From Raillietiella orientalis (lineage: Eukaryota), in NCBI GenBank assembly GCA_036172245.1, contig JAYWIR010000004.1, forward strand, positions 2,232,001 through 2,296,000: a DNA stretch of 64,000 nt, written 5' to 3'. Under the pieces are notes generated by a model. That model did no database searches. It had not been told where the DNA came from and saw nothing but the letters and a program-made list of their open reading frames with translations. Below are positions 13,001 to 26,000 of this stretch, one piece after another. Position numbers and translations under genes: made by a program. Each line of letters opens with the position of its first letter. Positions within the stretch are counted from its first letter, which is position 1.

Positions 13001-16000
13001 ATAGAGGATGAGCTTGCGGCACAGATCGGCTGCTATGCCGAGACCTGGCGCGATATCACCTTCGCGCCATTTTTTGGTTAGAATACAGGCAGGAATAGAA
13101 TCACAACGACGCGATAGTAATCTTCCCACGGGAATCTTTGAAGTCAAACGATGCTGTTTCAAGGGGTTCGCGTCCTGCGTTTCCTTGGGGAGAATTTGCG
13201 TTCCTACCATCTGGTTCTCTTAAAAGGAGCGTGGGTTCTTTAGAAATTTCACTTTCATTGTCTGGCGTCTCACTTGAGTCGGTTTCCTCCTTCCTCCCGA
13301 AACAGCGTGTCGTTCGCGGTTTGAAGCGTGGCAGTCTGCATGATCCCTGGCAACGCAGTAGACGTAAGAAGCCGTGGTGATTCGACCCTCACTTCTACAT
13401 CACGCATGCATAAGGACAAAGACATGCATTATTTATAGGTAGGGATGTACTCATAGGAAAGTGGGAGATGCAAGGCAGATGACCGACTTCCAATGTTTTC
13501 GGGGTGTATTTTCCAGGGCAGCGGCCTAGGAACTGAGATGTGAGGTCAGTCAACGCTTATAGTGAGAAGTGAGAAGTCGTCTACAGAAGGATGCCAAAAT
13601 GCTCCCTGGAAAATTTATGTGGTGGTCAGGGATTCTTGAAAGGTGAACGTGTCTGCTCAGACAGTTGTGGGAAAAACGGTGCCCGACATCTGTAAGAATC
13701 GACCCAGAATATTACAACAGGATATAAATTGGAACAGAATACCATCTCAACCTTTGAATACAAACTTGCGATCGATAAATACATTCATGTAAATGGTCCA
13801 CTGTTTTCGAAACCTTTGCAAGAGAAATCTAGAAGGGTTACGAACCCAGTTCATTTGCAGCGACGAGAAAATTGCAACATTCGTTAAACTTAGTGGATGA
13901 CAGTCCTCGGTTTCTGATTCTGAGGCTGTCATAAAGAACAGATACACATGAAGTACTAGAGTATACCAAACACTGAAGAATACATTATGCCCATAAGGGA
14001 CCATGTTTTGGGTCAGTCGTGGAATCTCAGTATTGGTTTGTAGGTAGGGAAACTAACATCACTGAGTAAGTGCGGGTGAAGGCATGGTCCGAAGTCATGA
14101 ACTGTATGCAAAGCACCTTCTCGGACCAAGGAGAATGTAGAGCCAGCAGGGTAAAGAAAAGAAATAAAAAACGATCAATAGGTGGCCAGTACTGATTCTG
14201 CCATCTTACATCCAAGTCTAACTGTTCTCTTTAGATGTGCAGCGTTCCAACTCTAAAAAAGTATCGTTTTGGAAACAAGGCGACGACAAGTTGAGAGCGC
14301 TCAATTTCGTGAATCAAGTGGCAAAGATTACGAGTGCAAGAGACAGGTCCAATGTGCTGTTAAAGAACTCGCGTGAGGACTAGCTCAGAGTACCAATCTT
14401 TAGAGTGGTGATTATTCCCGTTTCGGATAAGCTCCAAAATTTGTGCTTTCCTCACTGAATTAGAAACTATTCCCGTCGATCAGTAAACAGAAGAGTATTG
14501 CAGCAAAGGGAGCAAGGAACCAGAGGGGAAAAGTCGAAATCCAAAAAATGGTAGAAAAGCAACAAAAAAAAAGAAAAAAGAAAAGAAAAAATCCTTTTTA
14601 AATGCTCGCAAAGCACCGAAAGATGCAACCACTGATACACAAAACCGTGAAGGCGACAACATTAAGTAGGTCAATGAAGATCAGTGTCACTAACCAGCTT
14701 TGGTAGAAGGAGGGTAGCGAATTCCGCAGGAACAGAAGGAAGGAACAATTTCTCAATCATAAGAAAGCCTCGTTTCTTTCAGGAAAACAAATTTCTTTCT
14801 ACAAGGTTCCTTGTGATGGAACTCAACAACGGTTTTCCTTCTCTCTGCTGAGATACACACTAAAGGCACGAAACGAGTGACAAGGCAACCTTGTGCATGG
14901 AATACCTTACTCGTAGGAAGCTGATGGAAATAAGAGATCAGCTGAGAAAAGTGGCAGCCTAATTCGAAATGATACATCGAATGAACTGATCAGAATCCCT
15001 GTGTAATGGTCTCAAATGAAACGAATAAATATATATATATATATATATACACATGTATATATCAGTTTTAGCATCTATTGGTGGAATATAAGATTTGGAA
15101 TCATTTGCTTAGTATCCATTGTTTCAGAATGCAAATCCTTTAAAGACAAATTCTTGAGAGACACCATTCACAAAAATCACATGATGGCCGGATGGTAGGA
15201 ATCAAGAAAGTGTCCTAATTACAGGGGATGGGGAAAGGACTAGATGATCACCGTAAATCATGTGTTGACTGCTGAATCTTCGAAGGGCGACTTTCAACAC
15301 ATGGAACTTGTTTATTTAGCAACGTTGCTCAAAAATGCTCAGTATTCCTGATTATTCTTCCGTTAGTATTTAACACCTGCATTGCTATGCTTGAATCTCC
15401 CCTTTTTTTTTTTTTAATAGGCCCTTCTCCTAACAAAGACATCCGAGGCGAAAACTGCACTTGGTTCCGAGAGTTTGTCGACGAGCACTTCAGATTTCCG
15501 CAAATCCTTTGACTGCCCACCGATGTGCACCTTCATCGGAAAGTTCAAACGCTCCCGAATGTCCCCGGCTTCCGAAAACTACAAATCCAGTTTTAAATCC
15601 TCGACAACGCAACTCGGGAACCGATGAAAGCATGGAGCACTGAAGATCAAGGCTAAAAACAAATGAAGCGTATGGGGTAAAACATTCGTACACGGTCCAG
15701 TGCAGTATAAGCAGGTGCCTAGCAGTGCCTTCATGTGCTTCGGACTAACTAAAGTCTTTTGCTACTTGAGAATTCCTTTTTACTCGCGAGTGAGGTAAGG
15801 GTTCACCAAAAATCATGAGGGGAAAGGATGGTGAAACGATGAAGCGCGCAGATTTGGCAATTTCTGTGGTCATCATCTATAGCTGAAAGAACTCCGGAAG
15901 AACTCTTTTTTCTTGTCTCAAAAACCTTTTGCTTCATCGCTGGAGAAATCTAACACACACTCCGATAGTGGGCTGGTTCGGGACGCAACCAGCCCACTTG

Positions 16001-16888
16001 TAGCATCCCCCCGTTTCTCCTGGTCTTCTGACCGGAATTCACCGCTCAGGGATCCGATTCAGTCACATACTACGCCTGGACACATCAAGGCCTACGATGC
16101 TTTTTCTCTGCATGAGATGCATCATATAGAATATGCGCAACCAACACGAGTGAACTCTGGCAGTGTCAGTTGATGAGCTGGATTCACCGTTTTAGAGAGA
16201 AGAGCGCAACCGAATTGCGGCTCTGGAATCAGGTTGCAGCTCTTCATTCATGCCACCGGGGCACGACACACACGACTCCGTGGTGCGAAACAGTTTCGAA
16301 AAACGGAAAGAAAGGGATCCAAAAGAGAACTGGAAACGCGGTTTCAAATATCCTGAAACCGGAGTGCGTGTTGCGTGGTCATACCGACCTCAGAGTGCAG
16401 TGAACACAAATGGCCTCACCTTGGATATTTTTCGTTTCCCCACATGGAAGTGATACGACGCAAACAGCTGATATGCACAAAAGATTAAATGCTGCGGATC
16501 CTACAATAGTTCCTGGTCCAAGATCTCCAGCTTCAAAATTATTTCCAATAATTTCTATAACTGATAAAAGAATTTCTGGAGCCGAAGAACCCAATGCCAT
16601 CAAGGTCAAGTTAGCAACCGTTTCATTCCATATCCTCACTTCCAAAACTTCTGGCCGATCCTCAGCCACATCACTTAACACGATTGTTTTTGTCACACTG
16701 GTTATTCTTTCAATGGAACTCATGAAGATGTCAGCAACTATAGATATTCCGAAGAAACAGTACAGGAGGCCAACAAGATAAAGGAATGCCCGTATATGGA
16801 CAGACCAAGTAAATTCATTGCATACCGGCAGGAGTAACCCCGCTTTTGAACATGTGTAGTTTTCGAATGTTCCTTGTGTGAGAATCAT
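3900..16888 (-). CDS. Sodium/calcium exchanger (NCX/Calx, SLC8 family), 5' part of a multi-exon gene; continues beyond the left edge of the window
   Basis: Exons 16888-16420, 11355-11116, 10270(or 10266)-10152, 6351-6243, 4063-3900. They encode the alpha-1 repeat (NETVANLTLMALGSSAPEILLS..GPGTIVGSAAFN), TM4/5, the HSRNWYRINATR segment and the start of Calx-beta domain 1. GT-AG ends and phases agree, except that the exon 2/3 junction is ambiguous. Confidence 0.93.
6243..6351 (-). CDS. NCX coding exon 4
   Basis: tttttaag|G ATT..; IIWSTPHSRNWYRINATREMTGSRKLLPRPSDISLK resembles the NCX KSRAFYRIQATRLMTG motif; donor AAG|GTAAGG. Confidence 0.88.
10152..10270 (-). CDS. NCX coding exon 3 (start of cytoplasmic loop)
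   Basis: EGELLNIGSLDHKPLIRFFREIKKNPDLTDEDAAMLAAAK; donor AA|GTAAGT, phase 2, matches the next exon. Confidence 0.8.
11116..11355 (-). CDS. NCX coding exon 2 (TM4-TM5)
   Basis: Acceptor tctttccag|CA restores the phase; FKVFIVTSSFSIFAYLWLLFILSGTSPDVVEIWEAATTFLFFPILVIFAFVMDK; the 3' boundary (CCAG|GTTTTC) is less certain. Confidence 0.9.
15029..15049. repeat. (AT)n microsatellite
   Basis: atatatatatatatatatata. Confidence 0.85.
16420..16888 (-). CDS. NCX coding exon 1 (TM1-TM3, alpha-1 repeat)
   Basis: ORF 16379-16888 contains RAFLYLVGLLYCFFGISIVADIFMSSIERITS and LMALGSSAPEILLS; donor CAAG|GTGAGG (phase 1); in-frame stop upstream of the ATG. Confidence 0.95.
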
Positions 16889-19800
16889 TCCTACTGTTCT
16901 CCAGCACTACGCGTCATTTGCAATGTTTCCGGAAAGCCATTGAACGCGAGATCACGGCATCGAAATCTTCACTTGTGCGAACTGGGCTACGCACTACTGA
17001 TGCGTAAGTGGGAAACCAAACACTTTCAAGTCATCAGAACGGTACTCTCTCCGTGCAGTCACTTCGGGTTGAAGATCACGGAGCCGTAAGCGCTCTGCGC
17101 GCACACAGGACGGCGTGCCGACTTACACTGCAACATTCGCCCGCGGGCTCGAGGACGAGATTCCCCCTTGCGTAACAGCGAGTAGCACAAAGATCACAAT
17201 TTGTTCGGCTGGCGATGCAGAAAAAAATGCGAGGGCGTTAAAAAGGGTTCCTCCTGTGTGTGGCTTAGAAAAAACAACTCTATCCCAACCAACAGGATGG
17301 CTGGTGGCGGAGGGCCATCAAATCTTGAAAAGACAGAAGACTCCGCGAAAAATTTCAATCCGCTTTTGGGGCAAAAGAGACGGCAGGGGATATGAGTTAT
17401 CATTTTACTTCGGAGTCGAAAAAGAGCTGCAATTTCGCCGATAGTACAATCCGATTCGAAGAGCGATTCTCCAGAATCATCGTACCGCAGATCCAGAGAA
17501 AAGCACAAGAAACTAAACTAAACTAAACACAGAAAACTAACAGATTCAGAAGCGAACAGCATCCATTTCATTTCGTCCACAAGTTCCCGTTTCCCACCTA
17601 GTCCAGTTCATGCTCTGGTAAGAGTTGTCAACGCACCATTGTCCAAGAAAGAAATGGAATCCGAATGAGCTCTGCCCAAGGAAGTAGAGATAATATCTTT
17701 CTCCTCATTTGCACAATTCTGAGATTAGGTTGATTCGAGCTGCTGCATTATTCCTGAAATCAAAGCGTGACTTTCTGAAAATACTTTTACATCGGCCATT
17801 AAAAAATGCATTTTTATAGAGTTTTTTAACAGATAGGTCTGTAACCGATAGGTCCAAGTAAAGTGGACTTCTCACCTACTCGTAAAAGCCTGCTTTTTCC
17901 CCTCTCATGCTAGATTATCTTCCCCAGTAGGAGACTTAGATTTGACAAGAGACGTTCGGTGTGTTCTGGTTTTTGACGAGGAGTGCAAGTTGGAAATGGA
18001 TTGCGGATGAGACACCAGAAGCATGTAGCAGGAAAGTTCTTCAAAACTAACGTGGAGGAAAGATTTTAAAGAAGGAGAAAGTATTCGTTGCATTTACAGG
18101 CCGCATCCAACAACTCCGAAGAAAAGTAGTGAAAATCATAGTCCCAGAACTGTCCCAAAATTCCCAAATAGTAAAGTACAGGGTCTACAGCGCCCCCAAC
18201 TGATGATATTGGTGTATTCAGATCTGCAACAAGGTGTGCGTCCGGAAAATTTCAAGAGTCTCGAGGCTTCCAACTTTACGCGTGTAAAGTGAATGCTTGC
18301 TCTCTAGGAATCAATGGACTCCACCGAACAAGCATCTTGCAGAACGTTTGTCAAATCATTTCACTGCACATCCATAATTCAGTTGATGGGAAGAAAAAAT
18401 TAAACAAGAGTGTTAGTGAACATTGGGTAAGACAGCAAGAAAAAAAGCAAAGATTCCGGAGGGGGGAGGGGGGGGGGGGAACGTACAAATAAAAAATAAG
18501 ACTAATAAGAAAACACAAGAATAATGAAACTATCAATAAAAAATAGGACTATTCGGGATTGCCAACAAGAATAATTCGTGACTTCAGAAGGCAAGAATAC
18601 CAAAAAGGAATCAAGATGGCCATTAGATTTGCAAGTAGCTGCCTCCTAAAAATCCACAATAGATAGAGACCCTTTTAGTTCGATCTAATTAGTTTCCCTA
18701 GCTGATTAATAGAAAACCTTTCCTTTAGAGAGTTCTTTCATATGATAGCACTGATTTAGTTATTAGTGCAATTAACGAAGAAAATAATTGTTTGCGGCAA
18801 TCGACGATTTAATGTAATCTGAAAAGGAAGAAACAGTCGAGCGAATTTGACTTCATGAATGTAAGATTACAGAGCTGGGATGGATGCAAGAAATGCAACC
18901 TTAGAAGTAAACATGCATGAAGGAATCCTTTCCTACAAGTTCAGACGCAAGACATTTAAGGGAAGACCTCGCAGTTTCCGTGAACCTGAGAAGAGAACAT
19001 CCTAAGGATACTGAATTTTTCATGAGATAGATAAGAGCACGAATGATAATGAGCTAGAATAAGAGATTAAAGTATTCCTGAAATTTAGATCTATAAAACG
19101 ATAAAGGTAATGGATTTTAATCGCTATAAATAGGTTGTTTTTTAGTTACGGAACAAGATGTTGATTACAGTCAATCCATTACTTTTCAGTTGCATTTTGG
19201 AACCTTTAGGAGTTGCAAGAATGCAAACAGACATTAAACAACATGGGCTAGACATTTCTTACTATATAATTCTGAATGTTTCTAAACATTACTGAATTTT
19301 TCCGTCCATAATGTTGACCGTTCTGCATTGTTGTAAGTGATAAGAATTGTCATCAAAGTTTACAACAGTTTTATGCTTGATTTATGATAGCTACTTTCTA
19401 TTCTACGAGGATTATTCTTCTTATCATCTCAATCTTCGTTGTTGGAGGAGTTTCGTGATAATCATACTTATCAAAGATCCTGACGAAGTATGCTTTCATC
19501 AGGATCCCTTTTGATTCGAATCCCAAGAAATTCTCATGTTAAAATGACACTATATCAATACGAGTTCAGTAGACTGATCGCTCCGGAGTTGTATCGAGAA
19601 AATTTCCATTTATTTATTCTTCAATTCCTAAATCGTTTTTTTCTTTCTTTCCTTCTTTTTTCCAATGCACTGGTTCTATTCAATTCACAATCCTGATGAT
19701 TTCTAATCACTGAAAAATCTTTGTCGAGTGATGGCTTTTTGTACCCTATTTTTGTTTGAGAAACAATTCTCCGATGCTGAGAACAGGTCAATGATTCGTT

Positions 19801-20499
19801 TGTGAACAGACATTCCAATTAAATGGAAAGGATGCAGTAAATATGTTACTTTCGGCTCCATGCAACTTGCAATGATTGTACCACAGAATCGGAACCCTAA
19901 AACTGAGGGTGCCCCCAAGCATTTGCAGCTATACTATAAGAGAAAGAAGCATTCACTTACAACCGTAAATAGCAAAAACAGAGTTTTCTAAAATCAATTT
20001 CGTGTTTTTAACTAGAAAGTTTCTCGTACTACTTAATAAGAACTGAATGTAAGTAAAAACGAATTCGTAATTTGAATTTTACTAAAGAAAAAGCACTGCG
20101 GGAATCGGCTATTTTCTTTTTATTGAAGATGGCTCATTCATTCAGAACAAATGAAGAAAGCTTAGAAGAAGGTATCATACTGTCTGGTGTGGATCTATGA
20201 GGAAAGGAAAGATCTGTCTACCTTCGTGGTGAGCACTAATTGGGGGGATTGTAGGGTGAAGACGGAGAGCAAGTAGATAAATAAATAAATAAGGAAGAGG
20301 ATGAATGAGCTACCTCTTCGGTAATAATTACCGAGGGTCTGAGTTCTTCATTCGGTCAGGCCGGGGCACTATAGATATTAGGAATCAAGCTCATAATTGA
20401 ATCCTACAATGGTACGAAGGACACTTGATCAGAGGGTGAGGTCTGAAATCACAACGAGATGAGAAGTAAATAAACAAACATAAATAAATAATGAGGAAG

Positions 20500-21000
20500 C
20501 GTCACTGGGCTTTATTCCTCTTGGCCTTTAGTCCTTATGAGATGCAAGGCCTGTTCTTCCTTGTTGGAATCACATCAGGCCAGATGGTTGCCTTCCATAG
20601 TATGGAGATGACTAGGAGGATAGCCTGGATCCGCTGCATGCGTAGTTTCATCGCAAGACAAGCTGTTTCAGTGCTTTGGATATAGACCAAGATGGTGATT
20701 ACTGACACCATGTTGGACGAAAAACCATAACACGAGTTCTTTCCGACTGTTGACATCCAAGGAACAGGGAACTCGTGCCACGCGCTTTCAGCAAAAAGAG
20801 ATCCTCAGTCTTGTAGGGGGTGCGAAATACATCCTCCTGATCCTTACTTTCCACAATTCGGGTATCCCTCTTTCCGTCAAGCGATCAGGAGTCTGCTGCA
20901 CAGCATTGCCCAGTGCAATTAGGGCGCCGTCATCTGTTGCAAACGAAGAAGAGGTATACGGCTGTCCATAGACAAAAGAAAGGCAAAGGTCTCCGCTACG
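20500..21000 (-). mobile_element. Degenerate LINE (Jockey/I-like) RT remnant
   Basis: TDDGALIA..VQQTPDRL..WKVRI resembles YADDTAI..LQ..LD.L..W.I.IN; boundaries approximate. Confidence 0.35.
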
Positions 21001-22740
21001 GCGGCAAGTCTGGAAGGGAGGGGAGACATGGTCCTTTCAAAAAAAATGATCTTTAATTTTGTTAAGAAACTAGGAAGTAGAATAGACGAAATTGATAAAG
21101 ATTCAATTTATAGCAGCTGATTCCAGAGTTCCAAGTAAGCTTTGCTCTCCCTGCTTTTACCTATGAGATCCAATGAAGGTCGTCTATTGGAGATGCAATA
21201 CTTCTGATGTTGACTGTTATTTTTCATGTACCTTGTAGCATTTCTGATTATCAACTTCACCAAACTTCGAACAGAAAAGAAAAAAAAGGATTACAAGAAA
21301 GAACAAATAATCTAAGAAAACCTCAAGATCGAATTAGTAATTCGAACAAATAATTCTAATTCCGATTATCATCTGGTGAGGAAAATTTGACTTTTTCCCC
21401 CCCCGCTTTTAAGCAACCGAAGAAAAAAGAAACTTAATACCAAGTAGCTCACTTTACTGATTCTTGTTTCTATTGATGATTTTAATATGATCTTTCCAAT
21501 AATTTTTGCTCACTACGATAGGTTTTTTTTAGAACTCTAACAATTGGGGGCTTAGTACTCCCTCACTCAGCTCGTATACTCTAAGCATGGAGAAAATCTC
21601 TATATGAGATTTTCCCATTAAAAATACATTGAACCCCCCCCCCCTTCTCATACAACCCCGGAGGGCTTATTCTAATGAATTCATATTAATACAGTGCCAT
21701 TTTAACATGAGAATTTATTGGGATTTGAATGGGGAAAATCTCTCTATAGGATTTTTAAACGAACAGTAAAACTTGTGGATTCGAATCTCCACACTTCATG
21801 TTTTAGAATTCCACATATTATTTACTTCACGGAATAGAAACAATAAGAGGAAACAAAAATCCTCGCTAAAGTTTTCCTAGAAAATCTGAAATTGTTTTAA
21901 TATATATTCAGTCTTCACTTGGATCTATGAAATGCTTCATAGGATAGATTTGTCTTTGAAATAATCCTTGTAATCCTTGGTATTTTATGATCTGTTTTCT
22001 AAACGAAGCAAGTCTCGTAAAATGACATTTTTGTTATCCATATGTGAACACTGAATCTATTACCTAAATTTATATCGTATCACGTACATTTCTGGTATTA
22101 CCAGCATGCCAAAGTTAAAAGAAATGGTATTCCTAAGGGTAATTTAAATGCTAATGTTTTCGTCTTATTAATTTAGAGGACATTTTCTGTTATTAAATCC
22201 CGGCTGAACCCTTTTATCATCTTTTCGTCAAAATGCTGTTCAGTGTTGTAACATACGTCTTTGAAGGCTTATGAATTTATTATATTCTTTTTTCTATTTG
22301 TTCTTTTTTTTACATTCATTTCGAAAAATAGAGGAAGTAATTTGAAAAAAACACTCTTTCATTCTGTAGTGACACGTGATTAACTAATTTCGCTGCTTTG
22401 TTGTGCTGTTATGGATGAGGTTAGCACATTACCAAAGCAAGTTAATAATCCTAACTTTTGGAGTTAAAATCATGTACCAAATGGAATGATAAGCAATGCA
22501 CACAATTATGTTTCTGTTTTCACAAATTTCAATACTGACTGTTCCTTGGAATGGAGGTTTCCCCCCAGTTGAATACCGCCAGCCTCGTCGAAACTTGGAA
22601 AGCAGATCGAAAATATCAAATTAATGAAATGCTTAGTTTTCATTGAGAGACTAAGTGTATTATCAAGAACTTGATTGCCATGTTAGGTTATTAAGGTGGA
22701 ATCAGAATTTGTTTCACGTTTTGTTTATTAACTAAGTTTT

Positions 22741-23072
22741 ATGTGGAAACAAACAGTCACGTTTTTTATTCAACAGATATCTGTTACTAATAATATCAGA
22801 CACCATCGGAATGTTCATCTTAATGGTGTTTTAAGAACTGATTCTTTGGTTAGTCTGTTATTAAGTTGTTCAATTGATGGGATGGACAGTGAGAGGAAGG
22901 ACACTTATTTCAAAAAAAGAAAACTGGAAGAAGTGAATTGGTTAAGAAACCAAAGAAAAATAAGAAAGAATGATACAACACAATACATGTCTTCAAGTAT
23001 ATCTGCCCAGATTATAGGGAATGGTAAATTAGGTGCTCCTACATCCTTATATGTTTTCACTGATAATGAAAA
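22741..23072 (+). CDS. ELAC2: ELAC2 exon 1
   Basis: QIIGNGKLGAPTSLYVFTD motif; donor AA|GTATGT. Confidence 0.9.
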
Positions 23073-26000
23073 GTATGTATATAGTTTGTAATTCTTAAAT
23101 AATTATTAAGTGATTCGTAAACACGAAAGGTTTGCTTTTCATGTTTATGTTTTTGTCCTAATTTTGGATTTTTAAGAATTACCATTTTCAAGAGACAAGG
23201 GTGACTGTTGCGTTTGTTTGATTTCATAAGAAATTGTTATTACTCTTGAATATTTGGTCATAAACGATCGTGTGTGGTTTTAAAAGTTCATCTGTTTCAA
23301 ATTTGATCTGTCAGATTTCAAGCAGATGTCTCAATGATCAATGATCACTTCTGTATGAACTTGATGAATGATTTCAAGTATAAATAAGTTTTGTTTTTGT
23401 GTATGCATAGGTATTTGTTTAATTGTGGTGAAGGAACTCAAAGATTGTGCTCAGAATACAAAGCAAAATTATCATCCGTAGAGCACATCTTCATTACGAA
23501 TAATTCATGGAAAAATTTGGGAGGACTTCCAGGATTAGTGCTTACTGTGTATGATATGGGGGTTCCAGAATTAACAGTACATTCGCCTCCAGGAATTGTG
23601 AGTGTCTTTTATTCTTATTTCCGTATTAAAAATCTGTGTTCATGTTAATTTGTTCATATTCATAAAATATATGCAAGCTATGCCTGGTTTCTTGAAAACT
23701 CCAGTTAAGGCATAACAAGAAACACTTTATTAGGAATTCTGTAATTTACATGCATTTACATATTTGTTACATTTCTCAGTATCTTATGCATACAAAAGGT
23801 GGATATGCTACTTTATCAAGATATTTAGTTCTGTACTTATCTTAAAATTTCAAGCAGGAATATTTCTTTTTTTTTTCCATTGATAATGCTTATTTGTTAA
23901 TGTGTTTTTGATGAACTATTAGTAAGCAAATTTTTTATGTAGAGATTCTAGGTATGTGCATTCTTTCTGAAGGTTTGGAATATGCAGAAATCTTTTCCAG
24001 TAGGACTTGCTTTTAAAATTCAGATGTATGTTCATTGGTTTTGTTTGCAGGTATGCTAGCACAACAAAGCTGCAATATTTGTACATGAGAAAGAGAATGC
24101 TGTGAAACTGAGGCAGTCAGAAGTGATCATGTAATTAAATCACAAAAACTATAAATATTTGATTGCCTGCAAGCATTTTGAGTATCAATCAGTCAGAATG
24201 AATGTGTGATGCATAGAGTATTATTTTATGAAGTTGATTTAAATCACTACAGAAATCGGAAATCCAGGGTATTGAATAAAGGTGTATATTTCATATTTCA
24301 CATTATTTTGTGATTTCAACATTTTTGTGTCCCTGTTTATTTCAGACATTTTTGAGGTTACACTTTTACCTTTCAGGTTTGAGAGAGTGCATTTTCATCA
24401 TAAATGGTCTTACCTGAACTTAAATTCTATTTTAAAGATCTTGTAAACTATTCTTTGTTTCTTTTATATAGAATGAAATGAAAGATAGGGAAATAATAGA
24501 AGGAATTTAAAAGTTGAAGTACAGTAGATATAGTTTTTAGTCATATTTTCTACAGAATTTCATTTAACATTGTTTCGAGTCAGGTATCAATAACAATTAT
24601 ATAAATTTGAAATTATTTGGTGTTAGTTATGCAGAATTACAAGGAAAAGTCACCTTTTCATAGTTTTGTACCAATGTTTGTTTTAAATGAGTTTCTGTTA
24701 CGAAAATCTAGTCTGTTTTTATTTCTGAAAGAAAAAAATGCTCTATTTATAGGAAAATATGTTTGACAAAATCAGGCATTTTGCACCAATTGAAGGTATG
24801 CAAATCAATCATCAGAATTCATTGAAAGATACTTTTAATGATGGATTGCTCAAAGTTGAAAGTGTGCCATTGACATCAGGAACATCTACGATTTCATGTT
24901 AGTTTTGATTGTCTTTTTTTTATGATTTAAATGATTTATTGATTAATTGATTGAAATAATACAATGTAGTGCTTTTATTATGGTAATAAGTTTCAACCTA
25001 TAATGCCCTTAGTGTTTGTATCAAAAAACAGATCATGATATGAATTTATTATTCCAGTCTGTGAGAAGCAGTTGTCCAGGTATTTGTTTAATTGTGGCGA
25101 AGTATGTACATTTCTTTGTTATGGAAAAGTTTTTAGAATCTGCACATGAAGTTGTATGATTTTTGTATTTTTTTTTTTTTACGGTGAATAATGATTCTTT
25201 TTCCATTATTGACCAAAGTGGCCTGATTTCTTCACTTAGTGATCTTCTGATACTTGGATGATTTTCACATTACATACCTCATGCTTACATTTCCTCATAC
25301 TCTTGAAGCATAAATGTAGAACTTCGATAAATAAAAATAGCTTTTGCAACAGTTACTGTAGTGTTAATTCATGTAACCCATTTGCAGGGTGCTGTAAACA
25401 AAAATTGCCTATTATGTGAGAGCTTAATATTTGAATACTGGATGATATGGTACAATGCTCTCTATTTACTGTGCAACTAAAGAAACTTAAGTTTGACTTT
25501 TGCATGCTGATGTGGTATTTTAACTTTTCAATTGCCAGCATACATTGGTTGCAAGATTCAATATTAACCAGAAACGTAGTTGATGTTTTTTTGTTCAAAA
25601 TGCAGTAATTTTATTATATTTTCACAAACTGTATTTTGAGATTACCTCGTATGATTACCTTATAAAATTATATAATTCTTTCATTATGATCAAAGTAACA
25701 GTCAATAATTGCGAGGATGGGTACAAACTTAAGGTTGAAATTTCTGTAAAAAAATAAAATAAAATAAAATAAAAATATTTTAAGCACTAATTTAGTAAGA
25801 TGGCTGTTTTTTAATTTTCATATATAAATTCATTAAGCTTGGAGATACTAATGTCTTGACAATTGCAAGAGTAAAGCAGGCAACAGTTTATATTGTGTTA
25901 AGTTTGTAGAATAGAACTGAAGGGGAACATTTATTTAGCCCCATTTATTTAATAAAAGATTTTTTTGATTGGGTTTTACTGGTTGTTTGGTTTACTGTAT

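Noticed and set aside
21587..21757. Short imperfect inverted repeats (gaaaatctc..gagattttc)
   Set aside because: Possibly a MITE remnant, but no clear termini or target duplication
21775..21793. tRNA T-arm/B-box-like GTGGATTCGAATCTCCAC
   Set aside because: No cloverleaf or A-box visible upstream
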